Source: Eledone cirrhosa
Taxonomy: Eukaryota
DNA length: 64,000 nucleotides
Reading direction: 5' to 3'
NCBI GenBank assembly: GCA_964016885.1
Contig: OZ024757.1
Coordinates: forward strand, 35,154,001-35,218,000
Part shown: one piece after another, positions 1-10,800 of the stretch
Layout: every line of letters starts with the position of its first letter
How positions within the stretch are numbered: the stretch's first letter is position 1
The notes under the pieces: generated by a model
The model's input: only the letters and a program-made list of their open reading frames with translations
What the model was told of the DNA's origin: nothing
Databases searched by the model: none
Made by a program: the position numbers and the translations under genes

Positions 1-30
1 GCACACGATTTGGGAACCACTGCTCTAGAG
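1..30. mobile_element. Terminus of a hAT-Charlie-like DNA transposon/MITE (element extends left of the window) with 8-bp target site
   Basis: TTGGGAACCACTG (10-22) matches the Charlie/MER5-type terminal motif and is followed by CTCTAGAG (23-30), fitting the NTCTAGAN Charlie target consensus. Only one end is visible. Confidence 0.5.
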
Positions 31-354
31 ATAGAAAAAGTATATTTTATGCAGGGATTCCCTGAGACATAAAAACTATTTCAAGAGATCGACATGGGTA
101 GAAAGGTTGAGAAATGCTGCACAATGTTCTTTGGTTTTTGTTCACCTTTAAATAATCATGTATAAAATATCGGGTGTGCAAGATTTCATGAAAAGGTATA
201 ACATTATTTATGCTGATCTTGCAGGGACTAGCTCCAATTGAGAGTTGTACCAATTCCCACTAAACTCGAAACTCCTGGACAATATATACATATCTTTATA
301 AGTTCCTGTGTATTGTGTCGTTGTATAATGAAACATAAATATATACCATGCATG

Positions 355-602
355 TCAGTCAGATTTGAACTCACTATATTTGGCGTTTTATAGATATAAT
401 TTGTTTGTTAAAACAATTGATTAAATAATAACTAAATAAAATTAATTCTACAATCCTGGATAGGGAATGAACTTATAACTTCATAATAGAAGCCATCTAT
501 TCGAGCAGTATTGCCATCTAAGCCACCAGGTTACTTACAGAACTTCATTCAAATATAAAATATAAAATATATGCCAGACATAGTGAGTTCGAATCTGACT
601 GA
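355..602. repeat. 30-bp inverted repeat pair around an AT-rich spacer (MITE-like, or opposed SINE head fragments)
   Basis: TCAGTCAGATTTGAACTCACTATATTTGGC (355-384) is the reverse complement of GCCAGACATAGTGAGTTCGAATCTGACTGA (573-602) with 3 mismatches. The right arm contains B-box-like GTTCGAATC. Confidence 0.55.
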
Positions 603-720
603 TTAGTTGGTCATTGTCCCAGCCAACAGTTTAAATCGCCAACCAGTAGGTGACATCGACTAGGTTGGGAAAACTTGGTTAAGTAGCTCCAGTTATTGCT
701 ACGTTAGACATATTCAAGAC

Positions 721-828
721 TTATCGACACCGAATGGAAGAAAGGTAAAGTTGAACTCAGAGTAAAGAACTGGAAAAATACTGCAAAGAATTCTATCTGA
801 TGTTCTAACAATTCTACCAAATTACCTT
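721..828 (-). mobile_element. Old degenerate tRNA-derived SINE fragment
   Basis: TTATCGACACCGAATGGAAGAAAGGTAAAGTTGAACTCAGAGTAAAG...TTCTACCAA aligns by eye with the SINE copy at 53317-53501 (TTATCGACCCCGTAAGGATGAAAGGCAAAGTC...TTGAACTCAGA). Confidence 0.6.
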
Positions 829-1753
829 ATGTATATATATTTATATCTAGAGATAAGAAGAAAACTGAAAGAAAGAAAAAAAAAAAATGAGACCTTATAT
901 GTAACCCATGACCAGGATTCAAACCGAAACCAGGACTACCACCATCTCTGGTATCACCCACCAGACCACCATGAAAGATACAAAAATCTGCATTTTTAAT
1001 ATTTATAAGCCTACTTTCAATATTAAAGTAATTAACATGTGGTGTTGTTCATGCCTTTCTCTATGTTATTGGTAAAAAATAAAGTATTTAAACCTCAAAT
1101 TTTGTTATTCAAATATGGTTGCTTATGTAATTATAAATGTCGCAGAGTACACACACATATATAGATGTGAAAATATTCAGGACCCCAACGGCTGTGCTAC
1201 TGCCGTTTCGACATCTATATATATATATTTTAGTCCTAGGCTCTTTCAGCGCAGAAAGAATTCTCCACTGATCACAACCAGCTAATGGTGCCCAGTGGAA
1301 GCACTTTAGTCTAATTATAACCCCAACGATCACGATTAGCGGCGGCTTTTTCGAGTCTGAGGTTGACTGCCAGATATCTATATATATCTATATATATATA
1401 TATATTTTTATACTTTGCTAGAATCCCGGAGAACAACAGAAAGATGCTGAGTTCAGAGTTTAAAAAACATGTCCCCTTTAATATAAAAACAATCCGAGTC
1501 TTGTAAAAGTGTTATTACTGTAATATAAAGTAGAAACCCTTTATTTAAACAAAGCTGCGATGCAGCGATCATCAAAGCAAACCCCAAAATGTAAACACAC
1601 TTCTCACAGGTGCTGCCAGATACACGATAACATGTGTATACGAAGTGTAACAGGGAGTTGGGTCGTATTATATGACTTTCAAATTGACCCCTATTATATT
1701 CAAATTATCCCCTGTGGGGCGTGCACCCCACGTTGAGAATCCCTCATAAATAA

Positions 1754-2030
1754 ATATATGTGAGTGTGTTGCTATGACTGCTATTTCTAGCAGGTTTACT
1801 GCAGTCCTGTAGACGCACAACAAAAACCGGAAGTGGCAGCCATTAAAAAACTTTGGCTTAAAATCAGCCAAAAGATTTTCAATAATAGTAAAATTTTATT
1901 TTTGACAAGGACGATAACTTTTGTCTTACTTAATCGCAAAAATCGAGGCAAAAATTTTGAGGGTGTGCAGTTTACACGCTAAAAATAAACCTGCTAGAAA
2001 TAGCAGTCATAGCAACTCACTTACATATAT
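1754..2030. mobile_element. MITE-like element, copy 1, with ~31-45 bp TIRs
   Basis: GTTGCTATGACTGCTATTTCTAGCAGGTTTA (1768-1798) and its exact reverse complement TAAACCTGCTAGAAATAGCAGTCATAGCAAC (1986-2016). The inverted match extends imperfectly into TA-rich flanks. Confidence 0.7.
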
Positions 2031-2630
2031 TTATATATCATATATATATGGACACTTTAGAAATAGCAGCGAATAACAGAAAGGACACACACACACACAC
2101 ATATATATATATACACACACACACACATATATATATGCCCCAGCACACACACACATATATATATATATATACACACACACACATATATATATATGCCCCA
2201 GCATACACACACACACATATATATACATATATATATATACGCCCCAGCATGGTCTTGGACGATCGTCTAACTAAGGCCAATAATAAAATACTTCAAAATA
2301 GATTAAACACCCCTAAATCCGGGGTTACAACTTGGATTACTTAAAAGTCAGTAAAGCTGTAAAGATTCTATATTGTAAATAGGTGGTCGCATGTTCGAAT
2401 CCGGGCAAATCCCGAGAAAAATAACGAAAAGAAGGACAATGTAAAAATAGCAGCCATAGACGAGGGGAGGACACACACACACATATACACACACGTGTGT
2501 ATATATATATATGTGTGTCTGTGTATGTGTTTGGCTGCTATATATATATATAGCGGTCAACACACACACACGTACATATATAAGTGTGCGTGTTTGGCTG
2601 ATATATATATATATATATATATGATATATA
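2025..2630. repeat. (TA)n/(CA)n microsatellite-rich spacer with partial TIR-like motifs
   Basis: ACAC/ATAT runs with repeated GCCCCAGCA (2137-2250) and TG/TA runs (2470-2630). AAATAGCAGC motifs at ~2061 and ~2445 resemble the MITE TIR. Confidence 0.75.
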
Positions 2631-2631
2631 A

Positions 2632-2890
2632 ATATATGTGAGTTGCTATGACTGCTATTTCTAGCAGGTTTATTTTAGCGTGTAAACAGCACACCCGCTA
2701 AATTTTTGCCTCGATTTTTGCGATTAAGTAAGACAAGAGTTATCTTTCTTGGCAAATTGTTAAAAAACTTTTGCCTGATTTTAAGCCAAAGTTTTTTAAT
2801 GGCTGCCACTTCCGGTTTTTGTTGTGCGTCTACAGGACTGCAGTAAACCTGCTAGAAATAGCAGTCATAGAAACACACTCACATATATTT
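2632..2890. mobile_element. MITE-like element, copy 2, inverted relative to copy 1
   Basis: Same TIRs (2642-2672 and ~2844-2874). The interior is the reverse complement of 1800-1985, and near-identical ORF translations occur at 1668-1871(-) and 2771-3037(+). Confidence 0.7.
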
Positions 2891-3531
2891 ATTTATGAGG
2901 GATTCTCAACGTGGGGTGCACGCCCCACAGGGGATAATTTGAATATCCCCCTCTTTATATCAATTAGCACTAACTCTCTCCCTCTCTATATCTACTACAC
3001 GGCACTCTCTTCCAATACCCCTCTCTATATGAAGTAACACCAAACTCTCCCCCTCTCTATATATTAAGCACTAAGTCAGGAATTTTTTTCTTCTTTCGTG
3101 CAGAGAGAGTAAAGTTGATTAAATCTACTGCAGTGAATTACTGGTATTTTATTTAATAAAAATTAAAATTTACTATTTGTCTTCGTTTAATTTTCGTTTT
3201 TCTTTACATAGTTTCGTTTCGTTAAATGTCTCCAGAATTTGTTTTTACTTTTACCGGATATTGAAGGTGTAAACTTGGTGTTGTCTAGAAACGTGTTAGA
3301 AATATTTTTCTTTTAATTGTGAAGAATTTAACCGCAAAGTAAGTTTTTTTTACTGTTTATTTGTGGCTGGGACAACGTATGGTATGTGTTAATGTAAATG
3401 GTGAAGGTTTAAAGATTCTTTTTACAACTGAAAATCAGTTTGTTGTTGCTGCTAATTACTTAACGCATGGAATAGATTTAAAAAATACACGATTGTTTCT
3501 CGGAAGAGAGGAAGAAGAAACAAATCACAGA

Positions 3532-3727
3532 AGCGGGTAGCACACGCATTTGGGACCACATACAACACAAAAACAGGTAATCCACACATCTGGGACCACA
3601 TACGACACACCAGCAGGTAATACATACATCTAGGACCACATAAGCAGGTAATACACACATCTAGGACCACATACAACACACAAGCAGGTAATACACACAT
3701 CTAGGACGACATACAACCAAAGGCAGG
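3532..3727. repeat. ~40-bp minisatellite, ~4.5 copies, probably in the 3' UTR of the adjacent CRE-like element
   Basis: The GGACCACA-type motif recurs at ~3553, 3593, 3633, 3664 and 3704. Unit ACACATCTAGGACCACATACAACACACAAGCAGGTAATAC. Confidence 0.8.
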
Positions 3728-3800
3728 CGAAAGGGGTGGACAAACGAGCTGCTACTAGAACAAAAGATAACAGTATCGCGAGGAGCACTGGGAAACCTCT

Positions 3801-4004
3801 CTAATGATTTTTTAGGCAAGCCAGCACGTCTGCAGCGTTACCTCGGGCGATGGCGAGGCTGAGGAGCTGGATCAACCAAGTGCCCTCACGAGCTTCACCA
3901 GTCACCTTCGTCAGGCTAGCCGCCAGTGAAGATAGGAATCTCGCAGTCAGTATCCTGACTCCCCCAAACGCCACAGGCTGGAAAATGTAGTTGGCCGACA
4001 GATC
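3801..4004 (-). pseudogene. 3' end of a CRE-clade non-LTR retrotransposon ORF (restriction-like endonuclease C-terminus), 5'-truncated
   Basis: Manual minus-strand translation DLSANYIFQPVAFGGVRILTARFLSSLAASLTKVTGEAREGTWLIQLLSLAIARGNAADVLACLKNH* resembles the recalled CRE C-terminal signature F.P.A.E..G...FL...TG..RE...L.QRLS.AIQRGNA..VL. It is absent from the ORF track. Confidence 0.7.
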
Positions 4005-4034
4005 ACATTATTACTTAACAGTGATAGATATTCT

Positions 4035-4110
4035 GTCTAAAGGAGGGGCGTACAACAGGCGGCCCGCGGGCCACAATCGAGCCCACCTGACCAGTCAGAG
4101 TGGCCCGCAA
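4035..4110 (+). mobile_element. Left terminus of a hAT-Charlie/SPIN-like element
   Basis: GTCTAAAG (4035-4042, NTCTAGAN-like target) is followed by GAGGGGCGTACAACAGGCGGCCCGCGGGCCAC, resembling CAGGGGTGTCCAAC...CGGCCCGCGGGCC Charlie ends. No matching right end was found. Confidence 0.5.
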
Positions 4111-4162
4111 TGACTCTTGTAGGCTTATTTAGAATTTTTCCATACCCGTAATACTTCTGTTA

Positions 4163-4749
4163 GTTGACCTATACTAAAGGACTTCACTGATAGGGTTATA
4201 TGTGTTATAGTTTCCCAGTTGACCTATACTAAAGGACTTCACTGATAGGGTTATATGTGTTATAGTTTCCCAGTTGACCTATACTAAAGGACTTCACTGA
4301 TAGGGTTATATGTGTTATAATTTCCCAGTTGACCTATACTAAAGGACTTCACTGATAGGGTTATATGTGTTATAGTTTCCCAGTTGACCTATACTAAAGG
4401 ACTTCACTGATAGGGTTATATGTGTTATAGTTTCCCAGTTGACCTATACTAAAGAGCTTCACTGATAGAGTTATATGTGTTATAGTTTCCCAGAGGGCTT
4501 CACTGATAGGGTTATATGTGTTATAGTTTCCCAGTTGACCTATACTAAAGGACTTCACTGATAGGGTTATATGTGTTATAGTTTCCCAGTTGACCTATAC
4601 TAAAGGACTTCACTGATAGGGTTATATGTGTTATAGTTTCCCAGTTGACCTATACTAAACGACTTCACTGATAGGGTTATATGTGTTATAGTTTCCCAGT
4701 TGACCTATACTAAAGGGCTTCACTGATAGAGTTATATGTGTTATAGTTT
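4163..4749. repeat. 55-bp minisatellite, ~11 near-identical copies
   Basis: Unit GTTGACCTATACTAAAGGACTTCACTGATAGGGTTATATGTGTTATAGTTTCCCA starts at 4163, 4218, 4273, 4328, 4383, 4438 and onward. One shortened unit lies near 4493. Confidence 0.95.
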
Positions 4750-5321
4750 GAAACAAACTACCCGCATCAGTTATTATACTTTTATAACACCGCTATATTA
4801 CCTACATGAAAGAGGTAAATATTTATTTCTCTTGTCTTCTTAAATGTATAGAACATTTTTCTTATATATATTCTTAACATAGCTAGGACCGTTTATTATT
4901 TACTAGTCTCTACTCCTAGGACTTTGCTGGTCTCATGTCCCCTCCATCAACACACACTCGGTAGAAAGCTGGTCGTCAGAGGTAAAGTGGCCCTGATTAC
5001 AGGTCTAGTATTGAAGCCTTTCGGCTTGAGCCTTGCTGATGCCGACAGAGTTCCTGTGGTAGTTTTGGTAGCGCAGGTGACATTTTATTGTGTTTAGGTA
5101 CCGGCTAGTGCGGACACAGAGAGCACAACCAGGTGGTGAGCTGGCAACGACCAAGTGTAGAGGGCCAGCTTTGAAATTCGAGCGACGGAGTGAACTAGTA
5201 AAAGAGGCAGGGTAAGCAGCATTGGTTCTAACGGTGGGACTAGAACGGAGGTTGGGTGGTGCTGGGGGTGGGCTAACAGCTAACAGTTGTAGGAGTGGTG
5301 GGGCTTTGCTAGGATTAATTT

Positions 5322-5723
5322 TTACATCTGTCTGTGAACTCTTGAAAAAGCAACATACAATTGTCCAGGGTTAAATACTTGCTCAGGGAGGAACAGACCC
5401 ACTTTATCATGTATTTGACCATGGTTCTTGTTGATTGTCATGGCATATGACAGTCTTAATGGAAACTGGGGTCTTTCCAAAGTAAAAAGGATGTTGGCAC
5501 CACTGGGGGCTAACTTCAGTCTTGGGATCAAAACACACCTGCCCATCAAAGGACCATAGATATGAGAAGCTTTGATAAAATGTTTATGCAGTTCTACTAC
5601 TTCTAATCTTGTGCCATTACATAATCTGTTCTGGATTGAAATATTCCATAGAAGCATTATTATTGATCCTGCTTTTAATTGGAGTTTGTGAGGCGGCATC
5701 CCAGAAGGTGTAAGCAAGTTCAT
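5322..5723 (-). pseudogene. Helitron PIF1-family (SF1B) helicase C-terminal fragment
   Basis: GMPPHKLQLKAG.IIMLL.N....LCNGTRL...QFPLRLSYAMTINK.HGQ..DKVGL.L...VF..GQLYVAFSRV corresponds to PIF1/Helitron helicase motifs V-VI. Confidence 0.9.
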
Positions 5724-6420
5724 TTAGCTTGAACCAGGCAGCAAGGGTCCCTGCATTTCTACCACAACCTGAGCATTGCCTCTTTGAAAGTAAACTCTGT
5801 TTGTTCTCCAGGTGTGTGGCTAGGCTGTATACTGTATGTGATGTACCATGAAGCTTAAATTCGGAGAGACACGACACTGCTTCTGGCTGAGACACATACC
5901 TGCAACAAAGATAGGTTCTTATTTCATCATGGTTGTGTTGGTTCTGAGCCTCATTAGGTAATGCATTATTCGTTACTTCTATAGATGTACAATCATGCCC
6001 CATGTAACATATTTAAAGAGGTACTTGACACTTTTTACAGAAGAGCAAACTTCAACATTAATATGTGCACAATATTTCTTAAGCAAAAAGGCATTAAATG
6101 GCACAACATTCCTGTTATCTACTGAATGTCATCCAATTTACACTGCAGTTCCTGTCTTGCACCTCCTGTACTCTGGGTATCCATTTAGGTTCAATAATGT
6201 TTCCCTTCTGTAGGTTTTTGGATAGTTCTTTTGGAAAAATCCATTTTGTATAAATGGTGGAAAAGGGTTTCCAGAACCACATGGCCCATGGATCATAAAC
6301 TTTTAAACCTGCTCATGTAGTACTTGATCATCTTCCAATGCAGGTATTTCTGCTGACACGATTCTGTCAATGTCTTCTCTGTTTCTTATCTTGTCTTCAT
6401 TTCTTAAGGCTCAGTGTTAT
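5724..6420 (-). pseudogene. Helitron Rep (HUH-Y2) C-terminal part, frameshifted
   Basis: SAEIP, MIHGPCG, GYPEYRR, HINVEVC, KYLFKY (catalytic YxxKY), GHD, DEI, RYVS, TLAAWFKLN. Confidence 0.85.
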
Positions 6421-7027
6421 CATCTGTTTAGATAATTCATTAAACCATTATACTCATCCACTCACAATTGGGCTTGATGATTGTTCCTCAAATATTGAAG
6501 CCTGCATCCCTCTACTTTCATATAGGCTTCCACTAAATACTGCTAAAATAATTTACCTGCCCTATATATCGCACTAAATCCTCCTCTATATGCTATACTG
6601 TATATGTAATACTCCTGCATTGTCAGTCTATTGCAAACACAGGTCCTGCATTCCTCTCCATGTCACTATGCCACCAAAATTCACCATTATGGGTCGGTCA
6701 TGAGGTCCAAGTGGCATGAATTATGTGATATTTTCTGAGGAGGATGGTCTTTAGGAAAGATGATAATATCTCTTTGTACAGGTGGTCTGCCCTCAATCCC
6801 CCACAAAACAACAGCTGTCATTACTAGTTGGTAAATTATAGCAGCTCATATCTGATCCTCTTCTAAATCTTAATTCACAGTTCTGTACACGACAATTTTC
6901 TCTTCTTGCACTTTGCTGTTTGATGCCATGCATTGTATTGTACAATTCGACATATGGATTACATTCATGCAACACCTCTCTTATCATAGCCATTTTTTGT
7001 GGTGAGCACTCATTATTTGTTGGTACT

Positions 7028-7196
7028 AGGGCGGTGGATTGGCAGTATCGGTAGAGCGTCAGACACCATGCTTTGCAGCATAGGGTTATGGCCCTTTACG
7101 TTCTGGGTTCAAATCCCTCCAAGGTTGACTTTGTTTTCATCCTTATGAGGTCGATACAATAAAGTACCAGTAATTGCTGGCCTTGTGCCGGAAACA
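7028..7196 (+). mobile_element. tRNA-derived SINE inserted in the Helitron, with ~16-bp TSD
   Basis: A-box-like TGGCAGTATCGG (~7040), B-box GGGTTCAAATCCC (7105-7117), 3' GAAACAATT end. TSD ATTATTTGTTGGTACT (7012-7027) / ATTATTTGGTCGTACT (7197-7212). Confidence 0.85.
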
Positions 7197-7242
7197 ATTA
7201 TTTGGTCGTACTTCCAATCTGTGCTACACACCTTCGTTCCCA

Positions 7243-7680
7243 TCAATAATATATAACTGGCCATATTGTGGTGTATTTTCTGCAGGTTACAGAGATGGGG
7301 GTGTAGTGATATGTTTGACCCTGAATATGAAAGCTATACGGGCCTCTGCCGGGTGGTAACACCAAATGAAGTGAAATAAATGTAGTTTTAATTGCAGATG
7401 TTTCTGTGAAATCAACTGCTTCCTGGCCTCTTTCAAAGAGATTTCTCAGTCTCTCGGGGTATATTTGCAATGGTGGCAACACTACCTTTCCTTTATTACA
7501 ACAGTTACAATTTTCATTTCTAAATTTCAAAGCTCCACAATGATCACACGAAACATTCATATCACTAATATGAAATTCTTCTACATTTCCATTAATATTA
7601 ATTGTTGGCCAATTTCTCTTACGACGCTCATTATCCATTCTTCTCTGTCTGAATGTTTTCCAGTCTAAGTCTATTTGCAT
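7243..7680 (-). pseudogene. Helitron N-terminal Cys-rich (zinc-finger-like) region
   Basis: MNVSCDHCGALKFRNE..CC.KGKVVLPPL...GPYSFHIQGQTYH is typical of RepHel N-termini. It is frameshifted mid-way. Confidence 0.85.
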
Positions 7681-7846
7681 GGAATAATTATATTCTGTTG
7701 TTTATTATGTAATTAAATAGCTCTGTACAATACATAGAGCATTCTTCTTTTCTTTACCTTTTCTATGGAAATACAAGAACAAACATATATATATATATAT
7801 GTATATATGTGTGTATATACATAAACAAGACTGTTATTACTCCAAC

Positions 7847-10800
7847 CAGATGAAACTCTGTCATGTAATGTTATGGACATCTCTGCCCCTGTGGCTAATA
7901 ATTCTGTCATGTAATGTTATGGACATCTCTGCCCTGTGGCTAATAATTCTGACATGTAATGTTATGGACATCGCTGCCCCTGTGGCTAATAATTCTGACA
8001 TGTAATGTTATGGACATCTCTGCCGTGTGGCTAATAATTCTGAGAGAGATGAAACACGTGAGGGATTAGAGAGAGATAAAACAAGTGAGGGATTAGAGTG
8101 TTGAAACAAGAGAGAGAGAGAGAGCGAGATGAAATGAGACAGGGAGAGCGAGATGAAATGCGAGAGTGAGAGAAGCGAGATGAAACGAGAGAGTGAGAGC
8201 GAGATGAAACGAGAGAGAGAGAGAGCGAGATGAAACGAGACAGAGAGAGCGAGATTTAATGAGAGAGAGAGAGAGCGGGATGGAACGAGACAGAGAGGAA
8301 ACGAGAGAGAGAGGAAACGAGAGAGAGGAAACGAGAGTAGAGAGCGAGATGAAACAGGAGAGAGAGAGCGAGATGAAACGAGAGGGAGAGAGAGATTAAA
8401 CGAGGGAGATAGAGATGAAACGAGAGAGAGGAAGAGAGAGATGGAACGAGAGAGAGGAAGACAGAGATGAAACGAGAGAGAGAGAGAGATGAAACGAGAG
8501 AGAGAGAGAGCGCGAGATGAAACGAGAGAGAGAGAGAGCGAGATGAAACGACAGAGAGAGAGACAGATGAAAGGAGGGAGATAGAGATGAAATGAGAGAG
8601 AGGAAGAGAGAGATGGAACGAGCGAGAGGAAGAGAGAGATGGAACGAGAGAGAGGAAGACAGAGATAAAACGAGAGAGAGCGAGATGAAACGAGAGAGAG
8701 AGAGCGCGAGATGAAACTCTGTCATGTAACGTTATGGACATATCTGCCCTTGGGGCTATAATTGTCATGTAATGTTATGGACATCTCTGCCCCTGTGGCT
8801 AATAATTCTGTCATGTAATGTTATGGACATCTCTGCCCCTGTGGCTAATAATTCTTTCATGTAATGTTATGGACATCTCGGCCCCTGTGGCTAATAATTC
8901 TGACATGTAATGTTATGGACATCTCTGCCCCTGTGGCTAATAATTCTGACATGTAATGTTATGGACATCTCTGCCCTGTGTCTAATAATTCTGACATGTA
9001 ATGTTATGGACATCTCTGCCCCTGTGGCTAATAATTCTGTCATGTAATGTTATGGACATCTCTGCCCCTGTGGCTAATAATTCTGACATGTAATGTTATG
9101 GACATCTCTGCCCCTGTGGCTAATAATTCTGCCATGTAATGTTATGGACATCTCTGCCCCTGTGGCTAATAATTCTGGCATGTAATGTTATGGACATCTC
9201 TGCCCCTGTGGCTTATAATTCTGACATGTAATGTTATGGACATCTCTGCCCTGTGGCTAATAATTCTGACATGTAATGTTATGGACATCTCTGCCCCTGT
9301 GGCTAATAATTCTGAGAGAGATGAAACAAGTGAGGGATTAGAGATAGATAAAACAAGTGAGGGATTAGAGTGTTGAAACAAGAGAGAGAGAGAGCGAGAT
9401 GAAATGAGACAGGGAGAGCGAGATGAATCGCGCGAGTGAGAGAAGCGAGATGAAACGAGAGAGTGAGAGCGAGATGAAACGAGAGAGAGAGAGAGCGAGA
9501 TGAAACGAGACAGAGAGAGCGAGATGTAATGAGAGAGAGAGAGAGCGGGATGGAACGAGACAGAGAGGAAACGAGAGAGAGGAAACGAGAGTAGAGAGCG
9601 AGATGAAACGAGAGGGAGAGAGAGATGAAACGAGAGAGCGAGATAGAGATGAAACGAGAGAGAGGAAGAGAGAGATGGAACGAGAGAGAGGAAGACAGAG
9701 ATGAAACGAGAGAGAGAGAGAGAGCGAGATGAAACAAGAGAGAGAGAGCGCGAGATGAAACGAGAGAGAGAGAGCGCGAGATGAAACGAGAGAGAGAGAG
9801 CGCGAGATGAAACGACAGAGAGAGAGACAGATGAAAGGAGGGAGATAGAGATGAAACGAGAGAGAGGAAGATAGAGATGGAACGAGAGAGAGCAAGAGAG
9901 AGATGGAACGAGAGAGAGGAAGTCAGAGATGAAACGAGAGAGAGAGAGAGCGAGATGAAACTCTGTCATGTAATGTTATGGACATATCTGCCCTTGGGGT
10001 TAATAATTGTCATGTAATGTTATGGACATCTCTGCCCCTGTGGCTAATAATTCTGTCATGTAATGTTATGGACATCTCTGCCCCTGTGGCTAATAATTCT
10101 GAGAGAGATGAAACAAGTGAGGGATTAGAGAGAGATAAAACAAGTGAGGGATTAGAGTGTTGAAACAAGAGAGAGAGAGAGCGAGATGAAATGAGACAGG
10201 GAGAGCGAGATGAAACGCGAGAGTGAGAGAAGCGAGATGAAACGAGAGAGTGAGAGCGAGATGAAACGAGAGAGAGAGAGAGCGAGATGAAACAAGACAG
10301 AGAGAGCGAGATGTAATGAGAGAGAGAGAGAGCGGGATGGAACGAGACAGAGAGGAAACGAGAGAGAGAGGAAACGAGAGTAGAGAGCGAGATGAAACAG
10401 GAGAGAGAGAGCGAGATGAAACGAGAGGCAGAGAGAGATGAAACGAGGGAGAGGAAGAGAGAGATGGAACGAGAGAGAGGAAGACAGAGATGAAACGAGA
10501 GAGAGAGAGCGAGATGAAACGAGAGAGAGAGAGCGCGAGATGAAACGACAGAGAGAGAGACAGATGAAAGGAGGGAGATAGAGATAAAACGAGAGAGAGG
10601 AAGAGAGTGATGGAACGAGCGAGAGGAAGAGAGAGATGGAACGAGAGAGAGGAAGACAGAGATGAAACGAGAGAGAGCGAGATGAAACGAGAGAGCGAGA
10701 TGAAACGAGAGAGAGAGTGAGATGAAACGAGAGAGAGGGAAAGAGAGAGCGCGAGATGAAACTCTGTCATGTAATGTTATGGACATCTCTGCCCCTGTGG

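Larger units (their letters stand above)
5322..7700 (-). mobile_element. Decayed Helitron Rep/helicase (frameshifts, stops, two large internal deletions, SINE insertion)
   Basis: Motifs in order on the minus strand: CDHCGALKF..CCNKGKVVLPPL..FHIQGQTYH; LHECNPYV..YNLPT; TMQEYY..QYLVEAYMKVE..RLQYLR; DRIVSAEIP..FMIHGPCG..GYPEYRR..VVPFN..HINVEVC..KYLFKYV..GHD..DEI..RYVS.PEA; then a PIF1-type helicase C-terminus. Confidence 0.92.

Noticed and set aside
2031-2569. His/Thr/Tyr and Cys/Val ORFs
   Set aside because: These are translations of (CA)n/(TA)n microsatellites.
7028-7120. tRNA gene (A and B boxes); also B-box-like motifs near 586, 915 and 2393
   Set aside because: No convincing cloverleaf. 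The sequence continues into a SINE body with TSDs, and the other motifs are isolated fragments.
8055-8105. GAGGGATTAGAG linker as a telomeric repeat
   Set aside because: It is not TTAGGG, not tandem, and present only once or twice per module.
9300-9345. Hammerhead ribozyme suggested by CTGAGAGAGATGAAAC at array/linker junctions
   Set aside because: The core needs CUGANGA; here it is CUGAGAG. No stem II or closing helices are evident.
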